From the NCBI GenBank assembly GCA_963837925.1, contig CAWIPK010000006.1:1003962-1067961 (forward strand): DNA of 64,000 nt, written 5' to 3'. A program made the position numbers and the translations under genes. The notes under the pieces were generated by a model, which saw only the letters and a program-made list of their open reading frames with translations, had not been told where the DNA came from and searched no databases. The DNA comes from an uncultured Chloroflexia bacterium (GTDB taxonomy: Bacteria; Chloroflexota; Anaerolineae; CG2-30-64-16). The number at the start of each line of letters is the position of its first letter. The first letter of the stretch is position 1. Below are positions 1 through 10,153 of this stretch, piece after piece.

Positions 1-905
1 TAGACCTGCGCTGGACCGGCTACTTGTTCCTGCTGGATAACGACGCCGACGTTTGCGCATACCAGGCGCAGGTGAGCATGCAGAATGGCCTTGGAGTGCA
101 GTCAGTCATGCTCTCGCATGATGAGGTCGCCCGGATGGTGCCCCTGCTCAACACGGACGACATAATGGGCGGCGCCTACCATGTTCACGACGGGCTGGCC
201 GATCCGAGCGGCGTCGTCCAGGGGTATGCAGCCGGGGCACGCCGGCGAGGCGTTCAACTGCTCACGGGTGTCGAGGTGACCGGGGTACGGGTTCGATCTG
301 GCAAGGTGGCGGGCGTGGAGACCAGCCAGGGCGCCATCGACGCGCCGGTGGTGGTCAATGCCGCGGGTCCGTGGGCTGGCAAGGTGGCGGCGATGGCCGG
401 GGTAGACTTGCCCGTCGTCCCCGTCCGCCGGCAGATCGCGGTGACCACGGCCCTGCCAGCCGTCCCGGCCGATTTTCCATTCGTCATCGATTTCAGCCGT
501 AATCTCTATTTCCACCGCGAAGGGCTCGGCATCCTGACCGGCCAGTCAAACGTGAACGAACCGCCGGGCTTCAACCAGGTGGTCGACCATAGTTGGACCG
601 AGCAGCACCTCGACAATGCCGTCATGCGCTTTCCGTTGCTGGCCAAGGCGGGCCTGCTGCGCGAGTGGGCGGGGCTCTACGAGGTCACGCCCGATGCTCA
701 CCCGGTGATCGACCGGCTGGCAGACCCGCTTGGTCTGTATATCGTGGCCGGTTTCAGCGGTCACGGTTTCATGCACGGGCCGGCGGCCGGACTGCTGATG
801 AGCGAGCTGATCCTGGATGGGCAGGCGAGCAGCCTGGACATTCAACAGCTACGTGCCAGTCGCTTCGCCGAAGGCGACCTGGTCAGGGAGCACAACGTCG
901 TCTAG
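1..905 (+). CDS. FAD-dependent oxidoreductase (DAO family; sarcosine oxidase beta / glycine oxidase-like), C-terminal part; 5' end lies outside the window
   Basis: The ORF is open to the window edge. The translation has the C-terminal substrate domain of DAO-family flavoenzymes (…GAYHVHDGLADPSGVVQGYA…FSGHGFMHGPAAG…). No N-terminal GxGxxG motif is visible, so the gene is truncated. Confidence 0.55.
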   Translation, partial: DLRWTGYLFLLDNDADVCAYQAQVSMQNGLGVQSVMLSHDEVARMVPLLNTDDIMGGAYHVHDGLADPSGVVQGYAAGARRRGVQLLTGVEVTGVRVRSGKVAGVETSQGAIDAPVVVNAAGPWAGKVAAMAGVDLPVVPVRRQIAVTTALPAVPADFPFVIDFSRNLYFHREGLGILTGQSNVNEPPGFNQVVDHSWTEQHLDNAVMRFPLLAKAGLLREWAGLYEVTPDAHPVIDRLADPLGLYIVAGFSGHGFMHGPAAGLLMSELILDGQASSLDIQQLRASRFAEGDLVREHNVV

Positions 906-1006
906 CGACGCCGCCCAACGGCCCGGTTTGACGGCGTGGTCTTTGATCGGGTTGTATTGAAGGCGTTGTATCGAGGGCGATGTTGAGAGATGCAGCGAGG
1001 TAACGC

Positions 1007-2515
1007 ATGGAGATTCGAGTCAAACAGGGCAGCATAACGGATGAAGATGTTGATCTGATCATCGTAAACCTGTTCCGGGGTGTCACCGAGCCGGGTGGGG
1101 CCACCGGGGCAGTCGACGCCGCGCTGGACGCGGCCGTGCGCGACGTGATCTCGGCGGGCGATTTCAGCGGCCAGGCCGGCGAGTCGTTGCTTCTCTACAC
1201 CCGTGGCGCCCTCCCGGCCGCCCGCGTGCTTGTCGTCGGCTTGGGTGCGGCCGACAAGTTCGGGCCGGCTGCGGCGCGGAAGGCGGCGGCCACGGCCGTT
1301 CGCCGTGCGCGCGAGCTGGGCGCGCAGACTGTCGCCAGCGTGGTGCACGGTGCGGGGATAGGCGGGCTCGACCCGGAGGCAGCCGCCCAGATGCTGGCTG
1401 AAGGCACGCTGTTGGGGACCTACCGTTTTCAGGGCTACCGGTCGGAAGTGCCTCCGGACTGGAAGCCTGATCCGGACACATTCAGGGTGGTCGAAGCCAA
1501 TGCTCGGCGCATAGCCGCCTGCCAGAGCGGCGTCGCACGCGGGGTCGCCATCGCACGCGGGGTTCTGCTGGCGCGCGACCTGGTCAACGAGCCGGCCAAC
1601 CACATGACGCCAGCGACCGTTGCCGGCTTGGCCGGCGAACTAGCGGCCAAGCTCGGTCTGCGAATCCAGGTGTTGGATCGGGAGCAGATGGCGGCGCTGG
1701 GCATGGGGATCCTGCTCGCGGTGGCCGCCGAGTCCGAGCAGCCGCCCCAGTTTGTGATCCTGGAGCATAACGCCGGGCGCGAGGACTTGCCGGTCGTGGT
1801 TCTGGCCGGTAAGGGCGTGACGTTCGACTCGGGTGGCATCTCCATCAAGCCGTCGGAGGACATGTGGCGCATGAAGGACGATATGGCCGGTGGCGCGGCG
1901 GTGATCGGCGCCCTGAGCGTCGCTGCCAGGCTGGACCTGCCGCTGCGTGTGGTCGGCCTCGTGCCCCTGGCCGAGAATCTGCCCGGCGGGCGAGCGCAGA
2001 AGCCCGGCGACGTATTTACCGGTATGACGGGCAAGACGATGGAGGTGATCAGCACCGACGCCGAGGGCCGGATGCTGCTGGCCGACACCGTCGCCTACGC
2101 CGGCCGCTTCAAGCCGGCCGCAGTCGTGGACATCGCCACCTTGACGGGGGCCCAGGCAGTGGCTTTGGGCCCGCAAGCAGCCGCGTTTTTTGCCAACGAT
2201 GAGGCGCTGGCTGCGAGGTTGGTCGCGGCAGCGGAGGCATCGGGCGAACGCCTGTGGCGGATGCCGCTCTATGACGAATATGCAGAGGCCGTGCAGAGCC
2301 AGGTGGCCGACGTGAAGAACTCTACCGGGCGCATGGCCGGCATCGGCACGAGCGCCAAGTTCATCGAACACTTCACCGACGGGTACCCCTGGGCGCACAT
2401 TGACATGGCTTCGATGGCCTGGTCCGACGAGGACAAGCCGGCCCAGCCAAAGGGCGCGACCGGCTATGGGGTGCGATTGTTCAGCGCGTTGTTGGAAAGT
2501 TGGGGGCGGCGCTGA
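1007..2515 (+). CDS. pepA: Leucyl aminopeptidase, M17 family
   Basis: 502 aa with the M17 signature region …VISTDAEGRMLLADTVAYA… (NTDAEGRL-like) and LVPLAENLPGGRAQKPGDV. Confidence 0.9.
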   Translation: MEIRVKQGSITDEDVDLIIVNLFRGVTEPGGATGAVDAALDAAVRDVISAGDFSGQAGESLLLYTRGALPAARVLVVGLGAADKFGPAAARKAAATAVRRARELGAQTVASVVHGAGIGGLDPEAAAQMLAEGTLLGTYRFQGYRSEVPPDWKPDPDTFRVVEANARRIAACQSGVARGVAIARGVLLARDLVNEPANHMTPATVAGLAGELAAKLGLRIQVLDREQMAALGMGILLAVAAESEQPPQFVILEHNAGREDLPVVVLAGKGVTFDSGGISIKPSEDMWRMKDDMAGGAAVIGALSVAARLDLPLRVVGLVPLAENLPGGRAQKPGDVFTGMTGKTMEVISTDAEGRMLLADTVAYAGRFKPAAVVDIATLTGAQAVALGPQAAAFFANDEALAARLVAAAEASGERLWRMPLYDEYAEAVQSQVADVKNSTGRMAGIGTSAKFIEHFTDGYPWAHIDMASMAWSDEDKPAQPKGATGYGVRLFSALLESWGRR

Positions 2516-2555
2516 GGCGCTGGACGGGCGCGGCCGGTACCAAGGGCGTCAGGCC

Positions 2556-3089
2556 TCAAGCCAAAGCCGCGCTCCGGCCGCGATGGCTCAACACGTAGGC
2601 CAGGATGCCCGCCAGGGACACTGCCGAGCCAACTGCGGCTGCCCCCAGAACCCAACGCCGATCCATTTCCAGGGAGGACGTCTCTTGCGTGATCCAGCCC
2701 GCAACCCGGTTGGGCAGCGGCTGATCCTCGGGGACGAATGGGGTACGGATCGGGTCGGCGAGGTCCAGCAAGCGCTGGGCCCGCTGGCGCCGCGCCTGCC
2801 TGATCAGGCTCCCGCGCAAAGCACGCCGGTATTCGGCGCGTGGCGCCAGCGGCAGGACCACGGCCGCGATATCTTGCGCCAGCAGGAGCAAGGGAGCGAG
2901 TATCAGGGCAACGTCACCCAGGCTCGCGGGATGCGCTGCCGGCTGCGACCCCGGGGCCCCGCCGGACCGCGGCTTGTCTATGGCTCCCGTCGGGCTTTCC
3001 GGGCGGCCGGACGCGGTGCCAGGGGAGCGGCTATCACGCAAGGCCCGGCTTTGTGCGTCGAGCAAGTCTTCAAGCTGGTAGTCGTTCAT
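2556..3089 (-). CDS. Putative anti-sigma factor / membrane protein downstream of the ECF sigma
   Basis: 177 aa lying immediately 3' of the sigma gene on the same strand. It has a single C-proximal TM helix (WVLGAAAVGSAVSLAGILAYVL) and no recognisable enzymatic motif. The anti-sigma call rests on context only. Confidence 0.35.
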   Translation of the reverse strand: MNDYQLEDLLDAQSRALRDSRSPGTASGRPESPTGAIDKPRSGGAPGSQPAAHPASLGDVALILAPLLLLAQDIAAVVLPLAPRAEYRRALRGSLIRQARRQRAQRLLDLADPIRTPFVPEDQPLPNRVAGWITQETSSLEMDRRWVLGAAAVGSAVSLAGILAYVLSHRGRSAALA

Positions 3090-3140
3090 GGCACGTGTCC
3101 TTCCTCATGGTCGGATGCGCTCTCCGGGCGAGCATCTTCC

Positions 3141-3806
3141 CTACCACCCGCGTGCTTCCAGGTCGGCGCGCAGCGCCTTGAGGGTCCGGAAGTACAGCGA
3201 TTTGATCGAGCTCTCGGTGCGGCCCATCAACCGGCCGATCTCATCATTTGACAGGCAATCGGCAAATTTCAGGATGAGCAGCCGCTGCCGCTCCTCTGGT
3301 TGCCTGCGGATGGCCGCCCACAGGGCGCCGGCTCTCTCCTGGGTTTCCGCTGCCGGTTCAGGCGCATCGGCCGGTTTGCCGAGCAGTTCCTGATCTTCCA
3401 GCGAGGCCGTTTGCCAGCGCTTGCCCGAGCGGTGATGATTGGCGACCAGGTTATGCGCTATGCGATAGAGCCAGGCCGCAAAGGGTGCCCCGCGATCGAC
3501 GTAGCGTGAGATGCTGGCCAGCGCTTGATGGAACGTTCGGGCAGTCAGGTCCTCAGCGTCAGCCTCGTTGCCGACGCGATAGTAAATGTACCTGTAGATG
3601 CGCTCGACGTTGCGCTCATAGAGCTCGCCAAACGCCTCGGCTTCGGTTTTGGCCAACTCGATCAACGCTGGCTCGTCCAGGTCGGCGTATGTGTTTCGCT
3701 TAGACACAGGATCTGGTTTTGACCCCCCGATGCCTGGCAGGATATTTAACACGCGTGTGGATGCGGGGACGCGCTCGGTGTTGGGACGCCCTGATCGTTT
3801 TGTCAA
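3141..3806 (-). CDS. ECF-type sigma-70 family RNA polymerase sigma factor
   Basis: Sigma region 2 (…FGELYERNVERIYRYIYYRVGNEADAEDLTARTF…) and region 4 (…LKFADCLSNDEIGRLMGRTESSIKSLYFRTLKAL…) are present. The track start is TTG; the true start is probably an internal GTG/TTG closer to region 2. Confidence 0.8.
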   Translation of the reverse strand: MTKRSGRPNTERVPASTRVLNILPGIGGSKPDPVSKRNTYADLDEPALIELAKTEAEAFGELYERNVERIYRYIYYRVGNEADAEDLTARTFHQALASISRYVDRGAPFAAWLYRIAHNLVANHHRSGKRWQTASLEDQELLGKPADAPEPAAETQERAGALWAAIRRQPEERQRLLILKFADCLSNDEIGRLMGRTESSIKSLYFRTLKALRADLEARGW

Positions 3807-4648
3807 GATCCGGGGTAGACCGCGGCGCCGATCGTGCCCAGCCCGACGTGAACGCCGACGACGGGACCGAGCACGCAGGTGAAGATGTGCGAGGTCCGGA
3901 ACTCGCTCGAGAGCACCTGGGCTACCTGGGCCGCCTCGTCCGGGACGCCGGCGTGGGTAATGGCCAGTCTCACCTCCGGCCCGCGCGCCTGGACCTCATT
4001 TGACAGCATCTCGAGCATTGTATCCAAGGCCTTACGCCGCGAGCGCGCTCTCCCCACCGGCGCCACCTCACCGCCCTGGATAGCCAACAGAGGCTTGAAA
4101 TTGAGAAGACTGCCGAGGAGGGCCTGGGCTCTGCCAATCCGTCCCCCGCGCTGCAGGTACTCCAGCGTGTCAAGCGCAAACGTAATGTGGATATCGTCGC
4201 GCATCTGCAGCATCTGGGCCACTATCTGTGCGCGCGTCGCACCGGCAGCAGCCATCTCCACACCCCTTTGCACCATTAACCCCAGCCCAACGGACACACT
4301 CAGGGAATCTACCACGTTGACTGGGCGGCCGGGCAGCGCTGCCTGGGCCTGAACGGCAGAGTCGTAGGTGCCACTCAGTTTGCTGGATAGGATGACGGCC
4401 ACGATCTCTTCCCCGGCATCCGTGAGGCGCTCGAATGGCTCGAGAAAATCGGCTGGGCTGCCCTGCGAAGTTGTTGGCAGCGGCTGAGCCTTTGGTAACC
4501 GCTCCCAGAACTGCTCGCGGGTGATCTCGACCTCATCCTTCAGCGCCTCACGCCCGAACACGACACTCAGTGGCACCACGGTCAGCCCTGGATGGTGCGT
4601 GAGCTCGGCTGGGCCTTCGCATGTCGAGTCGGTGAGTATTCTGATCAT
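3803..4648 (-). CDS. DegV family fatty-acid-binding protein
   Basis: The translation MIRILTDSTCEGPAEL…VVPLSVVFG…LSGTYDSA… is typical DegV. The ATG at 4648 (MIRIL) is preceded by a GGGGGAAGAG Shine-Dalgarno, whereas the upstream ATG at 4669 has none. Confidence 0.8.
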   Translation of the reverse strand: MIRILTDSTCEGPAELTHHPGLTVVPLSVVFGREALKDEVEITREQFWERLPKAQPLPTTSQGSPADFLEPFERLTDAGEEIVAVILSSKLSGTYDSAVQAQAALPGRPVNVVDSLSVSVGLGLMVQRGVEMAAAGATRAQIVAQMLQMRDDIHITFALDTLEYLQRGGRIGRAQALLGSLLNFKPLLAIQGGEVAPVGRARSRRKALDTMLEMLSNEVQARGPEVRLAITHAGVPDEAAQVAQVLSSEFRTSHIFTCVLGPVVGVHVGLGTIGAAVYPGS

Positions 4649-4814
4649 GGCTCTTCCCCCTACCCACATGATAATAGTACGGAGAGTGTTTTGTCAATCG
4701 AGGTTTGGCAGCCGCCGTCATTTTATGATACACTGGTGGCTTGTGAGCACAGCGCCAGAGGGAACGGCTCTTTCCCGGGTCGCGCTGATCCCAAGCAAGG
4801 TGGTAGGAAGCGTT

Positions 4815-5648
4815 ATGAGGTGCTCATCTCTCCCGGTCGCGAGGCGTTGCCCGCCGGCGGGACTTTTCCTGCGTGCGGGGCTTACGGTGGTCGTGCTGGC
4901 GCTCATCGCGTTGAGTTCACCCCTGCCGGGCTTGGCCGCTCCCCTCTTGCAGGACCAGCGCCCGGTCATCGCCCAGCCGGATCAGGACGCGGTGGTTAGG
5001 GGAGTGGTCCAGGTAGTGGGTACTGCCACCCACCCCGATTTTCAACGCTATGAGCTCTACTATACGCCCTGGCCGGTGGCCAGTGACAACGCCTGGATTT
5101 TTATCGGTCCTGATGCCCATTATCAGCAGCAACCGCTGGGTGTGTTGGGCACCTGGGATTCGCGCGCGGTTCCCGATGGCTCATACGGTTTGCGGCTGCG
5201 GGTGGTCAGGAAGGACGGCAACTACTCTGACAGCGAGGCGCGCCGTGTGACTGTCGCCAATGTGAGGACGCCGGATACGCCGACGCCGGAAGCATCGCCC
5301 ACCGGAACCCCGGACGGTGAGCCGACGACTGAGTTGCCGACGCTGGAACCGACGGCGACGATTGTCGTTCAACTGCCGGGCCAGAGAACGCCCGCACCTG
5401 GCGCCACTCTGACGGCGACCCTGGAAGCGAGTGCCGGCACCGCGGTGCCCGCGGTCACGCCGATTCTGAGCACGGGGAGCAGCAGCGGAACGGGTCCGGA
5501 TGATAATGCGCCAAGCCTCAACCTGGATCGGGTGGGGTCGACCGCGAAACGTGCAGCCGCCTACACACTCGGTGCTTTTGCCGTCGTCGGCCTGTTCTTT
5601 GGCTTTAAGTCGCTTCTCGTTTGGACGTGGCACAAGGTCAGGCCGTAG
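4815..5648 (+). CDS. Cell-surface protein with a signal peptide, Pro/Thr-rich linker and C-terminal TM anchor
   Basis: The ATG at about 4815 follows GGTAGGAAG and opens an N-terminal signal sequence (…LTVVVLALIALSSPLPGLAAP). A globular domain is followed by a PTPEASPTGTPDGEPTTELPTLEPT linker. The C-terminus is hydrophobic (TLGAFAVVGLFFGF…). The long 5' extension in the track (from 4521) overlaps degV and is rejected. Confidence 0.5.
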   Translation: MRCSSLPVARRCPPAGLFLRAGLTVVVLALIALSSPLPGLAAPLLQDQRPVIAQPDQDAVVRGVVQVVGTATHPDFQRYELYYTPWPVASDNAWIFIGPDAHYQQQPLGVLGTWDSRAVPDGSYGLRLRVVRKDGNYSDSEARRVTVANVRTPDTPTPEASPTGTPDGEPTTELPTLEPTATIVVQLPGQRTPAPGATLTATLEASAGTAVPAVTPILSTGSSSGTGPDDNAPSLNLDRVGSTAKRAAAYTLGAFAVVGLFFGFKSLLVWTWHKVRP

Positions 5649-5730
5649 ACGGAGCGGCTTTTGCTCACCGACAGTTAGCAAGGGGCTGGTCCGCTGGGAC
5701 AGCCCCTTGTGATGTTTGAAGGAAGACGAC

Positions 5731-6375
5731 ATGCAAGCTGTGCGCTCTATTTTTCAGCGCCGCGCGCCTGCCCAGGGCAGCGGGCCGGCGAAGATGATTG
5801 TGGGGTTGGGCAACCCGGGCCCGGAATACGCGCGCAACCGGCACAACGTTGGCTTTCAAGTGGTCGAGCTCTGGGCGCAACGCCACGGGCTGGACTTCGA
5901 CAAGCATCAGAAAAGGGCTCGTCTGGCCATCGGGCGTGTCGAGCTGCCTGGAGGCAAGGCGGAGCGCGTGCTGCTGGCCAAGCCGCTGACTTTCATGAAC
6001 GCGGCCGGCGAATCGATCGGTCCCTTGCGGGCCTTCTACAAGATCGAGGCGGCCGCCATCCTGGTTGTCTCGGATGATCTTGACTTGCCCTTGGGGCGCA
6101 TCCGCTTGCGCTCGGGTGGCGGCGCCGGGGGCCAGAAGGGTGTCAAATCGATCATCCAGCACCTCGGCACAGACGGATTTCCTCGCCTGAGGGTGGGGAT
6201 CGGCCGGCCGCCCGGCAAGATGGATCCGGTCGATTACGTGCTGCAGAATTTCTCGGCGGCGGACGAGGAGACGATGTCAATCGCACACGTTCGGGCGGCC
6301 GATGCCCTTGACGCCTGGCTGGCGCAGGGTATTCACGAAGCGATGAATCAGTTCAACCAGAAAAATGAAACTTAG
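5731..6375 (+). CDS. pth: Peptidyl-tRNA hydrolase
   Basis: The translation contains MIVGLGNPGPEYARNRHNVGF…, the Pth signature. The track start at 5716 is TTG; the ATG at 5731 sits 5 nt after a GAAGGAAG RBS. The N-terminal extension before MIVGLG makes the exact start uncertain. Confidence 0.85.
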   Translation: MQAVRSIFQRRAPAQGSGPAKMIVGLGNPGPEYARNRHNVGFQVVELWAQRHGLDFDKHQKRARLAIGRVELPGGKAERVLLAKPLTFMNAAGESIGPLRAFYKIEAAAILVVSDDLDLPLGRIRLRSGGGAGGQKGVKSIIQHLGTDGFPRLRVGIGRPPGKMDPVDYVLQNFSAADEETMSIAHVRAADALDAWLAQGIHEAMNQFNQKNET

Positions 6376-9300
6376 CGGACTGCTCGACCTGGGCCAAGGC
6401 ATCCCGGGCTACGAAGATTTGCTGGCAGCGCTGAGGGCAGGGGACGGAGTAGCGACGCCGCTAGCGCTTTACCACGCTGCTCGGCCCTACCTGGTCAGCT
6501 TGCTTGCGCGCGCCTTGCAGCGCCCGCTCCTGCTGGTGACGGCGCGCAGCGGCCGGGCCCGGCAGTGGGTGGACGAGTTGCGTATCTGGCTGCCCGACGA
6601 GATCCCGGTGCAACTGTTTGCCGATCCTGATGCTCTGCCCTACGAGCGCATTGCTTGGGCATCAGAGACGCGCCAGCGCCGCCTTGAAGCCTTGGTCGGG
6701 TTGCTGGCCGCCGGCGATACCTCGCGCCGGGGTGAGGTGATGAGCGCCCCGGTCGAGATGATGGGGGCGTCCTCAGGAGTGGCCCCGGTCATCGTCAGCT
6801 CCGCACGCGCCCTCATGCAGGCGACCTTGCCCGTACGTGAGATGCGCGCTGTATTGCGTCCCATCCGTAAGGGACAGCGTTTTGACCTTGACAAGATGCT
6901 GCTGTCTTGGGTGGGGCTGGGCTACGAGAGCATGCCCGTCGTCGAGAGCCCGGGGGAGTTCAGCCGGCGCGGTGGCATCGTAGACGTCTGGCCGCCCAAT
7001 CTGCGGCGGCCCTTGCGCATCGAGCTCTTCGGCGACGAAATCGAGAGCCTGCGCACCTTCGACCCGTCGACTCAGCGCACTCTCATCCAGGTGTCGCAGG
7101 CCTTGATCGGACCGGCCAGCGAGGCCCTCCCGAGGCTGGGTGAACGCGCCGCCGAGGCCCTGCAAGCCCTGGACCTCTCGAACTGCCATCCGCCGGCGCG
7201 CATCGAATTCGAGCGCGAGATCGCGCAGTTGGCAGAAGGCAGCGGCTTTTGCAATCTGGAATGGTATATCCCGTATCTTTACAGCCAGCCGGCCAGCATT
7301 CTCGACTACCTGCCCGGCAACGGTTACTTGTTGCTCGACGACGGGGCCGAGATCGGGGCGACCCTTGCCGATCTGAGCGGCCAGGCCGAACAGGTGGCCC
7401 GCGACCTGGCGACGGCCGGCGATGTTGCGCGCGACCTGCGGGTGCCGTATCTCAGCGCCGATTTGCTGCGCGAGCAGTTCAGCGCGCGCCCGACCCTGCT
7501 GCTCGGTCCAACCACCCTCGAAGGTTGGGGGGCGTCCGCGGCTACCGTCGAGGAGAGCGATTCGGCCGTCACGCAGGCTTTCTCCGCCGGGCCGCGCTAC
7601 GGCGGGCAGGTGCGCAAGGTCACGAGCGACTTGCAGAACAGCCTGGCGGCCGGAGGGCAGATTGTCATGGTCACCCGGCAGGCGACGCGCCTGGCCGAGA
7701 TGCTGGGCGAGGCGGGCTACGCCGTCATGCCGGTCGAGGAACTGACGGCCCCCCCGCCTGCGCTCGCGGTGGTCCAGGGGGTGATGGAAGAGGGCTTCCT
7801 GCTGCGCCGCGATGGCTTCGGCTCAGATTTGTGGTTCTTGACGGACGCTGAACTCTTCGGCTGGGGAAAACCGCGCCCGCGACGCGCCCAAGGGTCGCGC
7901 GCCCTGGCGCCCGAGGTTTTCTTCGCCGACATCACGCCGGGCAACTACGTCGTTCACATGGAACACGGCATCGGGCAATTCCAGGGTCTGATCAAGATGA
8001 GCTTCGAGGGTGTGGAACGGGAGTACCTCCAGCTCGAGTATGCCCAGGGTGATAAGCTGTACGTGCCCGTGCACCAGGCCGACAGGCTTGCCCGTTACGT
8101 CGGAGTCGGCGATGTTGCGCCAGGGCTGCACCGTCTGGGCACTTCCGATTGGGAGCAAGTCAAGGCTCGCACCAAGAAGGCCGTGGCCGAGATCGCCGAC
8201 GATCTGCTCGAGCTCTATGCCGCACGCGAGGTCGTCCAGGGGCACGCCTTCAGCCCTGACGCTCCCTGGCAGGCCGAGCTCGAAGCCAGCTTTCCCTACG
8301 CCGAGACCGAAGACCAGTTGGTGGCGATTGAGGCGGTCAAGCATGATATGGAACAACCGCAGCCGATGGATCGCCTGATCTGCGGCGACGTCGGCTACGG
8401 CAAGACGGAAGTGGCCCTGCGGGCAGCGTTCAAGGCCATCATGGACGACAAACAGGTTGCCGTGCTGGTGCCGACCACGGTTCTTGCGCAGCAACACTTT
8501 ACGAACTTCAGCCGCAGGCTGGCGTCCTTCCCTGTCAACGTCGCCATGCTCTCACGCTTTCAGACTCCCGCCGAGCAAGACAAGACCCTGGAAAGGTTAG
8601 CCAGCGGCAGCGTCGATCTGGTCGTCGGTACGCACCGCCTGCTCAGCAAAGACGTCATTTTCAAAGACCTGGGGCTGCTGATCGTGGACGAAGAGCAGCG
8701 TTTCGGCGTGACTCACAAAGAACGCATCAAGCAGATGCGTACCGAGGTGGACGTGCTCACGCTGACGGCCACGCCGATCCCGCGCACCTTGCACATGAGC
8801 CTGACCGGCGTGCGCGACCTGAGCACCATCGACACCCCGCCGGAGGAACGGCTGCCGATCAAGACCATTGTGGCCGAGTTCGACGAGACCATGATCCGCC
8901 AGGCCATCCTGCGGGAAATCGACCGCAACGGCCAGATCTACTTCGTGCACAACCGTGTTCAGGGCATCGAGCAGATGGCCGCACAGTTGCAGAAGATCGT
9001 GCCAGAGGCGCGCCTGGCAATCGCTCACGGGCAGATGCCGGAGAAAGAGCTTTCGTCGGTCATGCTGGCCTTTGCCGACGGGGAATACGACGTTCTTGTC
9101 TGCACGAGCATCATCGAGAGTGGGCTCGACATACCCAATGTCAACACCATTCTCATCAATCGTGCCGACCAGTTTGGCCTGGCGCAGCTCTACCAGTTGC
9201 GTGGCCGCGTCGGCCGCTCGGCGGTCCGGGCCTATGCTTACCTGGTGGTCGACAAATACAAGACCCTCACCGGCGATGCCCGCCGCCGGCTGGAGGCGAT

Positions 9301-10012
9301 CGAAGAGGCGAGCGAGTTGGGGGCCGGGTTCCGGATTGCCATGCACGACCTGGAGATCCGCGGCGCCGGTGAACTGCTAGGCGCGCGCCAACACGGGCAC
9401 ATCGTCGCCGTCGGCTTCGATCTCTACACCCGTCTGCTGGCCCAGGCAGTGCAAGAGGCGCGTGACGCCGAGCGGGAACAGGCCCGCCGTGACATTGACG
9501 CGCGCCGGGCGCAGACGGGCGCGGCCCTGGCCGGTGAGGCCGCGCCCGCCCAGGATAGGAGCGCTCTGCAGGACCGGTTGACCCCCGCAGTCACTCTCGA
9601 GCTCAACATCCCGGCCAGCCTCCCCGAGGACTACGTGCCGGAAACCGGGCTGCGGCTGCAGCTCTACCGGCGCCTGGCCGGCCTCAACAGTTTGCAGGCC
9701 ATCGAGGACGTGCGACAGGAATTCCTCGATCGCTTTGGCCCGCTACCGGAGGAGGTGGAGAACCTGCTGTTCGTGGTCAAAGTGAAGGTCCTGGCCATCA
9801 CGGCAGGCGTCGAGGTGATCAGCCAGGAAGATACGCAACTGGTTATCAAGAGTGCCCGGCTGGAATCAGCCGACCGGCCCGCCAACCTGCAAGAACGTTT
9901 ACGGGCCAACGACGTGCCGGCGCGCCTGGCCCGCCGCTCAATCTGGCTGCCAATGCGCGAGACGGGCGGCTGGCGCCGCGACCTGCTGGTGACGCTCGAG
10001 TCAATGCGCTGA
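6365..10012 (+). CDS. mfd: Transcription-repair coupling factor
   Basis: 1215 aa with a UvrB-homology N-terminus, RecG-like SF2 helicase motifs (…[16 protein letters not shown]…, …[11 protein letters not shown]…, …QLRGRVGRS…) and a TRCF C-terminal domain. Confidence 0.95.
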   Translation: MKLSGLLDLGQGIPGYEDLLAALRAGDGVATPLALYHAARPYLVSLLARALQRPLLLVTARSGRARQWVDELRIWLPDEIPVQLFADPDALPYERIAWASETRQRRLEALVGLLAAGDTSRRGEVMSAPVEMMGASSGVAPVIVSSARALMQATLPVREMRAVLRPIRKGQRFDLDKMLLSWVGLGYESMPVVESPGEFSRRGGIVDVWPPNLRRPLRIELFGDEIESLRTFDPSTQRTLIQVSQALIGPASEALPRLGERAAEALQALDLSNCHPPARIEFEREIAQLAEGSGFCNLEWYIPYLYSQPASILDYLPGNGYLLLDDGAEIGATLADLSGQAEQVARDLATAGDVARDLRVPYLSADLLREQFSARPTLLLGPTTLEGWGASAATVEESDSAVTQAFSAGPRYGGQVRKVTSDLQNSLAAGGQIVMVTRQATRLAEMLGEAGYAVMPVEELTAPPPALAVVQGVMEEGFLLRRDGFGSDLWFLTDAELFGWGKPRPRRAQGSRALAPEVFFADITPGNYVVHMEHGIGQFQGLIKMSFEGVEREYLQLEYAQGDKLYVPVHQADRLARYVGVGDVAPGLHRLGTSDWEQVKARTKKAVAEIADDLLELYAAREVVQGHAFSPDAPWQAELEASFPYAETEDQLVAIEAVKHDMEQPQPMDRLICGDVGYGKTEVALRAAFKAIMDDKQVAVLVPTTVLAQQHFTNFSRRLASFPVNVAMLSRFQTPAEQDKTLERLASGSVDLVVGTHRLLSKDVIFKDLGLLIVDEEQRFGVTHKERIKQMRTEVDVLTLTATPIPRTLHMSLTGVRDLSTIDTPPEERLPIKTIVAEFDETMIRQAILREIDRNGQIYFVHNRVQGIEQMAAQLQKIVPEARLAIAHGQMPEKELSSVMLAFADGEYDVLVCTSIIESGLDIPNVNTILINRADQFGLAQLYQLRGRVGRSAVRAYAYLVVDKYKTLTGDARRRLEAIEEASELGAGFRIAMHDLEIRGAGELLGARQHGHIVAVGFDLYTRLLAQAVQEARDAEREQARRDIDARRAQTGAALAGEAAPAQDRSALQDRLTPAVTLELNIPASLPEDYVPETGLRLQLYRRLAGLNSLQAIEDVRQEFLDRFGPLPEEVENLLFVVKVKVLAITAGVEVISQEDTQLVIKSARLESADRPANLQERLRANDVPARLARRSIWLPMRETGGWRRDLLVTLESMR

Positions 10013-10047
10013 GCTTCCTCCAGCCCGCAGCACCGGCTGTCGGATCG

Positions 10048-10091
10048 GGACGAGGAGAGGGGGCGATCCTTGTCACCCCCTCTCCTCGTCC
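10048..10091. terminator. Bidirectional terminator-like hairpin between convergent mfd and the epimerase gene
   Basis: A perfect 16-bp GC-rich inverted repeat, GGACGAGGAGAGGGGG / CCCCCTCTCCTCGTCC, with a 12-nt loop starts about 35 nt after the mfd stop. No clear U-tract is present, as is common in high-GC genomes. Confidence 0.55.
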
Positions 10092-10109
10092 TAATCTCGG
10101 CCCAGCACC

Positions 10110-10153
10110 TGTGGGATTGATGTGGGATAAATGTGGGAGAGATGTGGGATATT
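10110..10153. repeat. Four direct repeats of an 11-bp unit, TGTGGGA(T/G)A(W)(W), abutting the epimerase stop codon
   Basis: Read directly from the sequence: tgtgggattga / tgtgggataaa / tgtgggagaga / tgtgggatatt. The 11-bp phasing is exact and the tract is AT-richer than its surroundings. Confidence 0.7.

Noticed and set aside
4521-4814. Long 5' extensions of ORFs in the track (4521-4814; also 14101..15417, 26565..27812, 43805..44623, 61819..62652, 38382..39233)
   Set aside because: Each extension overlaps the 3' end of a well-supported neighbouring gene. Internal ATG/GTG starts with an RBS or signal peptide give sensible N-termini, and these are used in the feature list.
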